The notes under the pieces were generated by a model, which worked only from the letters and a program-made list of their open reading frames with translations, was not told the DNA's origin and ran no database searches. From Pseudomonadota bacterium (GTDB lineage Bacteria > Bdellovibrionota_B > Oligoflexia > Oligoflexales > CAIYRB01), in the NCBI GenBank assembly GCA_026390445.1, contig JAPLFX010000033.1, forward strand, positions 5,731 through 69,730: a DNA stretch of 64,000 nt. The letters are read 5' to 3'. Shown here in pieces: positions 9,614 to 18,558 of the stretch (position 1 is its first letter; each line of letters opens with the position of its first letter). The translations under genes and the position numbers were made by a program.

Positions 9614-10783
9614 ATGACATCTCAGGAAATCGCGCTCGCGCGCGTTGGAACAGCCATTGACGCTATCAAACGCGGCGGCATGGTCATCATGGTCGATGAT
9701 GAAGATCGTGAAAACGAGGGGGACCTCGTCTTTGCCGCAGCTCACGTCACCCCTGAGAAGATCAACTTCATGACCAAAGAGGCTCGCGGCCTCATCTGCC
9801 TGAGCTTGGAAAAGGCCGCCATCGAGCGCCTCCAGCTGCCGATGATGGAAGACTCCGGTCGACGCGGCCCAAGCAAATCGACCGCCTTCACCGTCAGCAT
9901 CGAAGCACGCGAAGGAGTCTCCACCGGGATCTCCGCGGCCGATCGTTCGCACACGGTCAAAGTGGCTGCCAACCCTCATGCCAGGCCAGATGACATTGTC
10001 GTTCCTGGCCATATCTTCCCGCTTAAGGCCCGCACTGGTGGTGTACTGCAGCGCGCCGGCCACACCGAGGGCTCAGTCGATTTGGTCCATCTCGCCGGTT
10101 TCAATGCCGCCGCAGTGATCTGCGAAATCATGAACGACGATGGCACCATGGCGCGCATGCCGGACCTGGAGCAATTCGCCGCCAAGCATGCGATCCCGAT
10201 CGTCACGATCGCCGACATCGTCACCTTCCGCTTGCTGCATGAGTCGTTCATCGAAGTGCAGGCTAGCGGACCGGTTAAAACCGCCTACGGCACCTTTACC
10301 GGTTACCTGTTTAAGAGCCAAATCGACGACCTTTCGCATATGGCTTTGGTCAAGGGCAGAGGCGAGGACGAGCGCTTTGACGACCGCATCGTCGATGTAC
10401 GGGTTCATCGCCAGCGCCCACTCGCGGACGTGTTTAGTGATCCCACCACGGGTAGCCGCCACCGCATCGAGCACGGCTTGAAACTCCTGCAAGAGTCGCC
10501 CGCCGCCGTGCTGATCTACCTGTCGTATCCAGAAGCACAAGCTGGCTTGGCCGACGACTTCCTGACGCTGCTGCCGAAGTCCCAGCGCGAAGAGCGGCCA
10601 AAGCTCGACTGGCTCGAGCCGGACTCCCGCCTACTCGGCGTCGGTGCGCAGATCCTGCGCCACCTCGGCGTGCAAAAGATGCGGGCCCACATGGCGCATC
10701 CGGTCCCGTTGAAGGGACTAGCGGGCTTTGGCCTCGAGGTCGTCGACACCATCTGCCTGCGTCCCGATGCCGTTTCCCCGTGA
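9614..10783 (+). CDS. ribBA: 3,4-dihydroxy-2-butanone-4-phosphate synthase fused to a degenerate GTP cyclohydrolase II-like domain (RibBX-type)
   Basis: The RibB half is canonical (MVDDEDRENEGDLV, HTEGSVDL). The C-terminal half aligns to RibA but lacks all zinc-binding Cys (VRVHRQRPLADVFSDPTTGSRH where RVHSECLTGD...CDCG is expected). ATG at 9614 lies behind GGGAG. Confidence 0.9.
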   Translation: MTSQEIALARVGTAIDAIKRGGMVIMVDDEDRENEGDLVFAAAHVTPEKINFMTKEARGLICLSLEKAAIERLQLPMMEDSGRRGPSKSTAFTVSIEAREGVSTGISAADRSHTVKVAANPHARPDDIVVPGHIFPLKARTGGVLQRAGHTEGSVDLVHLAGFNAAAVICEIMNDDGTMARMPDLEQFAAKHAIPIVTIADIVTFRLLHESFIEVQASGPVKTAYGTFTGYLFKSQIDDLSHMALVKGRGEDERFDDRIVDVRVHRQRPLADVFSDPTTGSRHRIEHGLKLLQESPAAVLIYLSYPEAQAGLADDFLTLLPKSQREERPKLDWLEPDSRLLGVGAQILRHLGVQKMRAHMAHPVPLKGLAGFGLEVVDTICLRPDAVSP

Positions 10784-10819
10784 CCACTTTGTGACCTCTC
10801 ATTGCAAGGGAACCACCGC

Positions 10820-11269
10820 ATGAGCCAACGTTTTTTAATCGTCGCCAGCCGCTTCAATGATCTGATCAGCAAAGCCTTACTCGGTGGAGCCACCGAGGTC
10901 TTTAGCGAGGCCGGTATCGCTGCCAGTCAACTCGACACGCTGTGGGTACCGGGTTGTTTTGAGCTTGCCACCGTTGCCGCTCAAGCCGCACGCAGCAATA
11001 CCTACACGGCAATCGTTTGCCTCGGCGCGGTGATCCGCGGCGATACCCCGCACTTTGACTATGTCTGCGCACAAACAGCGGCTGGATTGCAGCAGGTCGC
11101 CGTCGCCACCGGAACGCCGGTCATCTTCGGCGTGCTCACCACCGATACCATCGAACAAGCCCTGAGCCGGTCTGGCATCAAGGGCGGCAACAAAGGCAAA
11201 GACGCCGCGCACGCCGCTCTCAGTATGGCCAAAACCATGCAACAACTTAAGGAGCTGACCAAGCGGTGA
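10820..11269 (+). CDS. ribH: 6,7-dimethyl-8-ribityllumazine synthase
   Basis: RFLIVASRFN, VPGCFELA, and IVCLGAVIRGDTPHFDYV are typical RibH blocks. I prefer ATG 10820 over TTG 10802. Confidence 0.93.
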   Translation: MSQRFLIVASRFNDLISKALLGGATEVFSEAGIAASQLDTLWVPGCFELATVAAQAARSNTYTAIVCLGAVIRGDTPHFDYVCAQTAAGLQQVAVATGTPVIFGVLTTDTIEQALSRSGIKGGNKGKDAAHAALSMAKTMQQLKELTKR

Positions 11270-11688
11270 GCATCCATCCCAACACCTCGGCGCGTGAATT
11301 CGCCCTGCAGTTTCTCTATCAATGCGAACTGGAAAAGCTCTACTACTATTCGGAGAGCCACTTCACTGACTTTGCCCAGCACCAACAAGTGCCGAGCGAA
11401 CAGATCACCATGTGCCGGGCCATTGCTCGCGGTGCCCTTGAAGATATGCACCGGATTGACGCGCAAATCCAAGAGGCCTCGGCCAGTTGGAAGTTGAGCC
11501 GCATGCCCGTGGTCGACCGCAGCGTGCTGCGCTTGGCGACCTTTGAGCTAGCTCTTGGTGCTGAGCCGGTTCGTGTCATCCTCAACGAAGCGGTTGAGCT
11601 CGCCAAGAAATATGGATCTGAGGACTCCGGCCGCTTCGTCAATGGCCTCCTGGATAAGATCGCTCGCGGCAAGACCGACGCCAAATAG
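11266..11688 (+). CDS. nusB: Transcription antitermination factor NusB
   Basis: 140 aa. AREFALQFLYQ, DRSVLRLATFEL, and INEAVELAKKYG..SGRFVNGLLDK. The GTG start overlaps the ribH stop (GTGA). Confidence 0.93.
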   Translation: MSIHPNTSAREFALQFLYQCELEKLYYYSESHFTDFAQHQQVPSEQITMCRAIARGALEDMHRIDAQIQEASASWKLSRMPVVDRSVLRLATFELALGAEPVRVILNEAVELAKKYGSEDSGRFVNGLLDKIARGKTDAK

Positions 11689-11748
11689 TCGCCAAAACAA
11701 CCACCATCGGTTAACCTTGCTAAAGACCTATGCAGGAGACTTGTACCG

Positions 11749-12360
11749 ATGGATGCGCAGTGCAGCCCTGAGCCGATACCAACTTCTGCACCTGCAGCCC
11801 GTAGTGCAGCCTTGGGTGGGAGCGTTGAGACGACTGGGTCCCTCGCTCGCCAGGTCACCATCTACTTGATTGATGCCGCAGAAAGTTCAGCCTGCCCGTT
11901 TTGGATTGGTTTGGCAGGACCTGGTCCACAAAGTGCTAGCCAGTTACTCGACATTCCGTCCACCGCCGCTCTTCTCCATGCTGCGGCTACCCAGGGGCTC
12001 AACGAAGCGACCCCGATGATGCTGACCGACACGACAGCGAGCCACCTACGCTCCGTGCTGCTCATGCCGCCACCGAGTCGTCACATTGACGCACGAGAAG
12101 ACTGGCTGCGCCAACTCAGTATCGCCTTGCAGCCATGGCACCCGACGTCTGTGGGCGTGTACCTCGCGGCGGACCATCTGCCCTCGCACGAAGGCCTGGA
12201 CCTACTCGGCACGGTCTTGCGCCAGGTCGTGTCCCAGCCGGACACGGCCGAGGTTTACCTGCTCACCGACAGTAAAAACACTCATGCGGTGCTCAATACG
12301 GCATTAAAAATCAAGGCAGACATACCGCAAGACCGCATCAGCCTGTATGTCTTTCACTGA
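11749..12360 (+). CDS. Hypothetical protein
   Basis: 203-aa ORF with coding-like composition and no motif I recognise. Confidence 0.45.
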   Translation: MDAQCSPEPIPTSAPAARSAALGGSVETTGSLARQVTIYLIDAAESSACPFWIGLAGPGPQSASQLLDIPSTAALLHAAATQGLNEATPMMLTDTTASHLRSVLLMPPPSRHIDAREDWLRQLSIALQPWHPTSVGVYLAADHLPSHEGLDLLGTVLRQVVSQPDTAEVYLLTDSKNTHAVLNTALKIKADIPQDRISLYVFH

Positions 12361-12459
12361 TCTGGTCGCCACGCCGAGACTTGCGCAAGGGCCTGATCCT
12401 CTGGTTATATGGGGCCTGCAGCTATCCTGTCGTCCACTAACCGCCCCGGAGCCCAAGCC

Positions 12460-13293
12460 ATGCCGCAGTCGCCTTTTCGCCACGACCTACTCCAAGGTAA
12501 AGTCGCACTCATCACCGGCGGTGGTACCGGGATCTGCTTTGGCATTGCCCAGGAGCTAGCCAGGCACGGTGCCAGCGTCGTCTTAATGGGACGCCGCGAA
12601 GAGGTCCTCAAAGAGGCCGTCGCCGCGCTGCACAAAGAAGGTCTCAAAGCCGCCTTCGTCAGCGGCGACGTGCGCGACTTTGGTCAGGCGGAGAAGGCTG
12701 TTGCCACCACCGTCGCGACCTTTGGCCGCCTGGATATCCTGCTCAACGGCGCCGCCGGAAACTTCCTCTGCCCAACCGATCAGCTCAGCGCCAACGGCTT
12801 CAAAACGGTCATCGACATCGACCTTCTCGGCACCTTCAACATGACCCGTGCGGCCTTCAAAGATCTAAAATCCAGTGGCGACAGCCTTGTCCTCAACATC
12901 TCCGCGACCCTGCACTATCAGGGCACCCTGATGCAGGCGCATGTCATGGCGGCGAAGGCCGGAATCGAGGCCTTGGGTCGTAACCTAGCCTGTGAGTGGG
13001 GGGAACACGGCATCCGCGTGTGCGCCATCGCTCCAGGTGCCATCGGCGACACCGAGGGCATGCGCCGCCTCGCGCCGATGGGCGCGGACAAAAAGATTGC
13101 CGCCGAAGTCCCGCTGCGCCGCCTCGGGTCCATCCAGGATATTGCACATGCAGCGGTGTTTCTTAGCTCCAGCGCAGCTTCGTATATCACCGGCGAAGTG
13201 CTGGTCGTCGATGGCGGTGCCTGGCTGATCAAGCCGGCTTTGGTGACCCGTGAGATGTGGGAAAAACTGGCTGCCAAGTCGCCCCGCGCCTGA
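12460..13293 (+). CDS. Short-chain dehydrogenase/reductase, 2,4-dienoyl-CoA reductase-like
   Basis: ALITGGGTGICFG (TGxxxGxG), NGAAGNF, and the MAAKAGIEAL active-site region. I prefer ATG 12460. Confidence 0.85.
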   Translation: MPQSPFRHDLLQGKVALITGGGTGICFGIAQELARHGASVVLMGRREEVLKEAVAALHKEGLKAAFVSGDVRDFGQAEKAVATTVATFGRLDILLNGAAGNFLCPTDQLSANGFKTVIDIDLLGTFNMTRAAFKDLKSSGDSLVLNISATLHYQGTLMQAHVMAAKAGIEALGRNLACEWGEHGIRVCAIAPGAIGDTEGMRRLAPMGADKKIAAEVPLRRLGSIQDIAHAAVFLSSSAASYITGEVLVVDGGAWLIKPALVTREMWEKLAAKSPRA

Positions 13294-13328
13294 GACTAGA
13301 CCCAACCCGCGACCGAAGGGACAACCCC

Positions 13329-14375
13329 ATGGCGACCAGCCAGCCTAGCGTAGGCGCCTCTCCTCTACTCAGGCTTGGTCGCTACTGGGCGACTTGGCTA
13401 CGCCGCCTGCGCTGGGTGACCCATCCCATCACGATCTTCGTCTTCCTCCAGGTCGTGTGGATTGCGATCACCTTGATCTGGGTCATCTGGTTTGTCGATC
13501 AACAAGCCGGCCTCGCCAAACTCGCACAGCGCTTCGGACAAGAGTATTTTAGCAGTGAAGCCGCTCTTGGCATCCTGGTCATCGGCTGCATCTTACTCGG
13601 CGTGCTGCTGGTCGGAACCATCATGTTGTTCGTCTTTGGCCAACGCCAGAGTGCCGCCATTCGCCAACAACGCACCTTTGTCTCCAGTGTTACCCATGAG
13701 CTCAAGTCGCCTCTGGCCAGCCTACAGCTAGCCTTTGAAACCATGAGTACCCGACAACTAGACGCTACCACCTCCCTGTACATGCATAAGATGATCCAGG
13801 GCGATATCGACCGGCTACGTCGGCTGATCGATCAGATCCTGTTGACCGGTGGGCTGGACCGGGGCGGCATCTTGTTCAATGAAGACCCGCGTACACCCAC
13901 GCCCATGGCGCAAATCATCGCTCAGCTGGTCGAGCGTCTGCAGTACTTGGACACTCATCTTGGCGCGCGCCTGACGATCGAGTGCCCCCCAGGTCTAACG
14001 GTCCCCGCGTCACCGTCTGCACTAAGTCTCATTCTCAACAACCTCCTCGAAAATGCCGTCAAGTATTCACCCCCTGGATCGCCGATTCACCTGGGCGTCG
14101 ACCGCAATGAGCACGAGGTCTTTATCTACGTCAGAGATCAAGGACTTGGCCTAGACAAGCAGGACAAACGGCGGCTTTTCAAGATGTTCCGACGCGGCGA
14201 TACCGCCATCAAAAAAGCCATTCCCGGCACTGGTCTAGGCCTTTACATCATCAAGAGCGCGGTCCGCGTCCTGGGCGGCAGGGTCTGGGCTGTGAGCGAA
14301 GGGCGCGGCAAAGGCGCGACCTTTTATGTATCTCTGCCCGCGCTGGATCAGTATGCTCAGCCGCATATTACGTAG
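13329..14375 (+). CDS. Sensor histidine kinase (two TM segments, HisKA + HATPase_c)
   Basis: H-box SSVTHELKSPLASL, N-box LLENAVKYS, and G-boxes DQGLGL / GTGLGL. Two hydrophobic segments lie near the N-terminus. ATG 13329 lies behind GAAGGGA. Confidence 0.88.
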   Translation: MATSQPSVGASPLLRLGRYWATWLRRLRWVTHPITIFVFLQVVWIAITLIWVIWFVDQQAGLAKLAQRFGQEYFSSEAALGILVIGCILLGVLLVGTIMLFVFGQRQSAAIRQQRTFVSSVTHELKSPLASLQLAFETMSTRQLDATTSLYMHKMIQGDIDRLRRLIDQILLTGGLDRGGILFNEDPRTPTPMAQIIAQLVERLQYLDTHLGARLTIECPPGLTVPASPSALSLILNNLLENAVKYSPPGSPIHLGVDRNEHEVFIYVRDQGLGLDKQDKRRLFKMFRRGDTAIKKAIPGTGLGLYIIKSAVRVLGGRVWAVSEGRGKGATFYVSLPALDQYAQPHIT

Positions 14376-14384
14376 GTAGCACGC

Positions 14385-15098
14385 ATGGCCGAAGCGAAAA
14401 AACGCATCCTGCTGGTCGAAGACGAGCCCAATTTAGCTTTCAATATGAACTTCAACCTGCAGGCTGAGGGCTACGACGTCGTCCCCGCGGTCGACGGCCA
14501 GATTGCGCTGCAGAAATTCGCCAAGGATGGGCCCTTTGATCTGGTCATATTGGATGTGATGCTGCCCGAGGTGAACGGTTTTGATGTCGCTAAGGGCATC
14601 CGCGCGCGCGACGATCAGACGCAGATCCTCATGCTGACTGCGCTTGGCAAAGAAGAAGACCGGTTGCGGGGTTTTGAGGCCGGCGCCGATGACTACGTCA
14701 CCAAGCCCTTTCATCTCCAAGAGTTTCTGCTGCGGGTGAAGCGGATGATCAAACGCTCGCAGTACTTCCATGTCCCGGTCGAGGCCAGCTCCGCCGAAGT
14801 CCTGCGCTACGGCCCCTTCGCGCTAAATACCGAACTGCTGCAGCTGGAGACGCCGACTGGTCAACACGCCTTGACCGCACTGGAAGCCGACGTCCTGCGC
14901 GAATTCATGCAAAACCCAAAGCGCGTCTTGTCGCGCCAGCACCTGCTCGATACCGTCTGGGGGATGAAGGGCGATATTGAGACTAGGACCGTTGACAACT
15001 TTATCGTCCGACTTCGACGGTACCTCGAAGTCGATCCGAGTAAACCCGTCCACCTGGTCAGCGTACGCGGCCGCGGCTACCGCCTGATCGACAGCTGA
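14385..15098 (+). CDS. OmpR/PhoB-family response regulator
   Basis: Receiver motifs (LLVEDE, ILDVMLP, VTKPF) plus a winged-helix C-terminus (VDNFIVRLRRYLE...VRGRGYRL). Confidence 0.93.
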   Translation: MAEAKKRILLVEDEPNLAFNMNFNLQAEGYDVVPAVDGQIALQKFAKDGPFDLVILDVMLPEVNGFDVAKGIRARDDQTQILMLTALGKEEDRLRGFEAGADDYVTKPFHLQEFLLRVKRMIKRSQYFHVPVEASSAEVLRYGPFALNTELLQLETPTGQHALTALEADVLREFMQNPKRVLSRQHLLDTVWGMKGDIETRTVDNFIVRLRRYLEVDPSKPVHLVSVRGRGYRLIDS

Positions 15099-15133
15099 TC
15101 CTCGACGCAAACCCTTGCGGAGACTGACACCAC

Positions 15134-16063
15134 GTGTTTCTACCCTTCGAAAAATGGCATGGCTGCCGCAATGACTTTGTCGTCTTGTGGATCGCAGATA
15201 GCGACGGCGAGCTGGTTTTAAACAGCCTCAAGCGCCAAGCTGTCCGCCTTTGTGACCGCCATAGCGGCATCGGTGCCGACGGACTTTTGGTCCTGTTGAC
15301 CAAACAGCGCGACGATTTGACACCTTACGGACTGGTCATCATCAATAGCGACGGCTCCATTGCCAAGACCTGCGGCAACGGTCTGCGCTGTGCGGCCTCA
15401 AGCGTCCGTAAACGCCACCTCGGCCAGGGCCGTTCCCATGAGCTACCGGAAATGGTTGAGCTGCAAGTCGAGGGTGAGACTCTACTGTGCCGTTTTCTGC
15501 TCGGATCAGTGACCAACCCCTTGGTCGTCGTCGACATGGGGACCCCGGTATTAAACCGCGAGGTACCGTGGTTTGACGCCGCCGCACAAGCCTGCGCCGT
15601 CGTCACCAAAAAGGCGGGGCAGAACGCCAGCGTCGGCGTCTGCACCATCGGCAACCCGCACATCGTCTTAACCAGTGAAGCGGCGAGCCGCGAGCTACTC
15701 CTAAAGCTCGGCCCCGCACTCCAGGACCACCCCTTAAAAGATGGAGTCAACGTCCACTTGGTCCAAACGCGCGATCTCACCGCCAAGGACCAGGCCCGTG
15801 CGGGCCAGGAGCTCGGTCAGAAGCTGAGCGAACTCTACCAAGCCTTTGTCTGGGAACGCGGTGCCGGCGAAACCATGGCTTGTGGCAGCGGCGCCTGCGC
15901 CATCGCCGCACTAGCTTTGGCAACAGGACTACTAGAGCGCGACGCCTGGGTCGGCGTCGACATGCCCGGAGGTCGCCTTTATGTCAAACAAGATGAGGCC
16001 AATGGTCCGCTCCAGCTCGCCGGACCAGCGGTTTTTTGCTATTCAGGACAGGTCGAAGTGTAG
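15134..16063 (+). CDS. dapF: Diaminopimelate epimerase
   Basis: GCRNDFVV, NSDGSIAKTCGNGLRC, and ERGAGETMACGSGACA (both catalytic Cys contexts). Confidence 0.92.
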   Translation: MFLPFEKWHGCRNDFVVLWIADSDGELVLNSLKRQAVRLCDRHSGIGADGLLVLLTKQRDDLTPYGLVIINSDGSIAKTCGNGLRCAASSVRKRHLGQGRSHELPEMVELQVEGETLLCRFLLGSVTNPLVVVDMGTPVLNREVPWFDAAAQACAVVTKKAGQNASVGVCTIGNPHIVLTSEAASRELLLKLGPALQDHPLKDGVNVHLVQTRDLTAKDQARAGQELGQKLSELYQAFVWERGAGETMACGSGACAIAALALATGLLERDAWVGVDMPGGRLYVKQDEANGPLQLAGPAVFCYSGQVEV

Positions 16064-16115
16064 CAGGGAGCTTTTTTTACTGCTTTAGCCGATTCAATCC
16101 TGGTATTTTTAGTCG

Positions 16116-16826
16116 ATGAAACAACACATCCAACGCTTTAAGGGTACCGTTCGCGTCGTCAATGCGATGCGCCTCTACCACCAACACACGGTGCACGGTA
16201 TGGCGGCCGTACCTGAATCCGGTGGCGTGCTGGTCGTCGTCAACCATAGCCTCGCGACCTATGACATCCTCTTACTTGCCGCGGCCATCTATACCGAAAC
16301 CGGCCGCTTAGCTCGACCGCTGCTCGACCGCTTGTTCTTTAAAGTACCCTTGGTCAGGGAGATCACCTCCGGCTACGGTGCCGTCAACGGCAGTCCAGCG
16401 AATGCTCAGGCCCTGCTCGAAGCCGGTGAAATCGTGACCGTCGCTCCCGGAGGCATGCGCGAATCACTTCGCCCGAGAAGTGAGCGTTACCAGATCCAAT
16501 GGGATGGTCGTTTGGGTTTTGTCCGCATTGCCATGAAAAGCGGCGTGCCGATCATCCTCGCTGCGTGCCCAAAGGCCGACGAACTCTATGATGTCTATCC
16601 TTCGTTTACGACCAAGTGGTTCTACCGCACCTTCAAAGTCCCGGTGTTCTTTGCCCGAGGTCTTGGCCTTACAGCACTGCCTCGACCGATCGCCTTGACG
16701 CATCATCTAAGCGAACTTCTTCATCCACCGGCATGGACCGGCGATCCCGAAACCGATGAAGCCAATGTGCAAGCCTTTCACGCCATGCTGGTCAAGCGCA
16801 TGGAGCATTTGATGACCTTGCACTAG
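16116..16826 (+). CDS. Lysophospholipid/glycerolipid acyltransferase (PlsC-like)
   Basis: H(x)4D motif VVNHSLATYD and VAPGGMRE block. Confidence 0.8.
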   Translation: MKQHIQRFKGTVRVVNAMRLYHQHTVHGMAAVPESGGVLVVVNHSLATYDILLLAAAIYTETGRLARPLLDRLFFKVPLVREITSGYGAVNGSPANAQALLEAGEIVTVAPGGMRESLRPRSERYQIQWDGRLGFVRIAMKSGVPIILAACPKADELYDVYPSFTTKWFYRTFKVPVFFARGLGLTALPRPIALTHHLSELLHPPAWTGDPETDEANVQAFHAMLVKRMEHLMTLH

Positions 16827-17677
16827 AACGTCTTCAGGGCTTTTTTATAATGTGGTTTGAGCTTCTCTAGTGCGTCGCGCCAGGCAAACGCCGGATCACC
16901 CATGGCCACAAAAGGTGGATTTTCGAGCCTGCCAGTGCGGTAACTCAAGGGCTCACCGGCAAAATCCAGAATGGCCCCACCTGCCTGCTCCAATACGCAC
17001 TGAGCGGCAGCGGTGTCCCATAAACTGGTCGGTGACGTCCGCACGGAAAAGTCGGCCTCACCGCCGGCTATATAGGCATACTTAAGAGCGCTGCCGACAG
17101 CTTTGCACGTCGCCAAGGGGTAAGCCGCATGTAGGATATCGCCCTCGCCTTGGTGATGCGAGCGACTCACCAAGCAGACAAAGCGCTCCTGATCAGAGCT
17201 GCGCGCTCGCACGGCGTGCCATTGGTCGAGAGCTGCATCCTGCTTCCAGGTTCCTTGGCCCACAGCGGCGACAAAGCACCACCCATAGGCGGGTGCGAGT
17301 ACACAGCCGATGACCGGCTTGGCCTCGACCATCAAGGCAATATTGACACTAAAATCGCCGGTCCCCTTGATGTAGTCGCGAGTCCCATCCAGCGGATCGA
17401 CCAACCAATAGACCGGAGCCGTATCAACCACCGCCTGCAAAGCTGCGCCATCACCTTCTTCAGACACGATCGGCACACCGGGTAAAAGCTGCGCGAGACT
17501 GACTAGCAACGAGCGATGCGCCGCCAGATCAGCCTGCGTCACGGGTGATTGGTCGGCCTTGGCATCGGCATGCAGATCACCGCGCTGGTACCAAAACATG
17601 ATCTCCTCACCTGCCGCGCGCGCAGCAACGCTCAAGGCCGGGAGCGACACCTCGGGTACCTTCACGGTGGCTTTCAA
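16823..17677 (-). CDS. cysQ: 3'(2'),5'-bisphosphate nucleotidase / inositol monophosphatase family
   Basis: SEE..., WLVDPLDGTRDY, and WDTAAAQCVLEQAGG. The stop overlaps the convergent acyltransferase stop (CTAG). Confidence 0.85.
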   Translation of the reverse strand: MKATVKVPEVSLPALSVAARAAGEEIMFWYQRGDLHADAKADQSPVTQADLAAHRSLLVSLAQLLPGVPIVSEEGDGAALQAVVDTAPVYWLVDPLDGTRDYIKGTGDFSVNIALMVEAKPVIGCVLAPAYGWCFVAAVGQGTWKQDAALDQWHAVRARSSDQERFVCLVSRSHHQGEGDILHAAYPLATCKAVGSALKYAYIAGGEADFSVRTSPTSLWDTAAAQCVLEQAGGAILDFAGEPLSYRTGRLENPPFVAMGDPAFAWRDALEKLKPHYKKALKTF

Positions 17678-18558
17678 GAACGTACCGCCCGGGCGCGCAT
17701 AGCCATCGCGCGGCGTGCCGCTTGATCGGACACAAAGGAGGTTAAAAACTCCGTCAACGACACGATCTTATCCTCCGACAGGTGTTCAAAGCTGATCCCG
17801 GCCTGGTCACCGATAATGAAGATACGTCGGACCTTCGCCGAAAGCTTCAAATAGTCACCTTGGACAGACAACATATGTTCTGGAATCGGCACATGCAGCT
17901 TCAGCTGGTCTCCAGGGCGAAAAATACGCCCATCCTCTGCCTTAAGTAGGGCTCCATGCACACTCAAATCGATCAGCCTTCCTTTGTGCATGGCGTCGTC
18001 GGCGAGCAAATAGTATTCGAGTGGAATATCGATCTTATAGCGGCGGCTCTTACGCGCGTTTTTATGGTTTAGACCATGGCGAATCCGGCTGAAAATTTCG
18101 GCCCGCTCGACCTTGACATAGTTGATGTAATCATCCACTTCGTGAAACGGGGCGAGAATCTTATGATAAGAGTCGATGAGATGCGCCGGCTGCCTGGTTA
18201 AGAAAAGCACCGGGACTGGCGCTTGACCACGCCGCCGCTTGAGCTCTCCTAGCAGCTCCAAGCTGCGTTCCAGCGGAATAAATTCATCGTCCAAAATCAG
18301 CAGCATGATTTGCCGGCCAAAATTCTTCTGGAGCTCCTCGGCTGAACGCGGCATCGCCACGGCCATTGCCTTAAAATTAGTCCGCACATATGCCTCGATC
18401 GCCGCACTCAGATCGATCGGCATGGTGCCGCTTGTAGCGATAAGGACGTAGCGCTTGCGCTTTTTTCGTGGTGCCTGGAGATACTCAGCAACCTTGCTAT
18501 TCTTGCCGTCTTTCTTCTCGTCGGTCGTTGCCGGAGCATCCTTCTCAGAGCTTGCCAT
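17674..18558 (-). CDS. PilZ-domain protein with N-terminal degenerate receiver-like region (putative c-di-GMP receptor)
   Basis: PilZ motifs RKSRR (RxxxR) and DLSVHG (DxSxxG). ATG 18558 is preceded by GGAGGAGG and overlaps the upstream SBP gene by 14 nt. The stop overlaps the cysQ start by 4 nt. Confidence 0.75.
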   Translation of the reverse strand: MASSEKDAPATTDEKKDGKNSKVAEYLQAPRKKRKRYVLIATSGTMPIDLSAAIEAYVRTNFKAMAVAMPRSAEELQKNFGRQIMLLILDDEFIPLERSLELLGELKRRRGQAPVPVLFLTRQPAHLIDSYHKILAPFHEVDDYINYVKVERAEIFSRIRHGLNHKNARKSRRYKIDIPLEYYLLADDAMHKGRLIDLSVHGALLKAEDGRIFRPGDQLKLHVPIPEHMLSVQGDYLKLSAKVRRIFIIGDQAGISFEHLSEDKIVSLTEFLTSFVSDQAARRAMAMRARAVRS

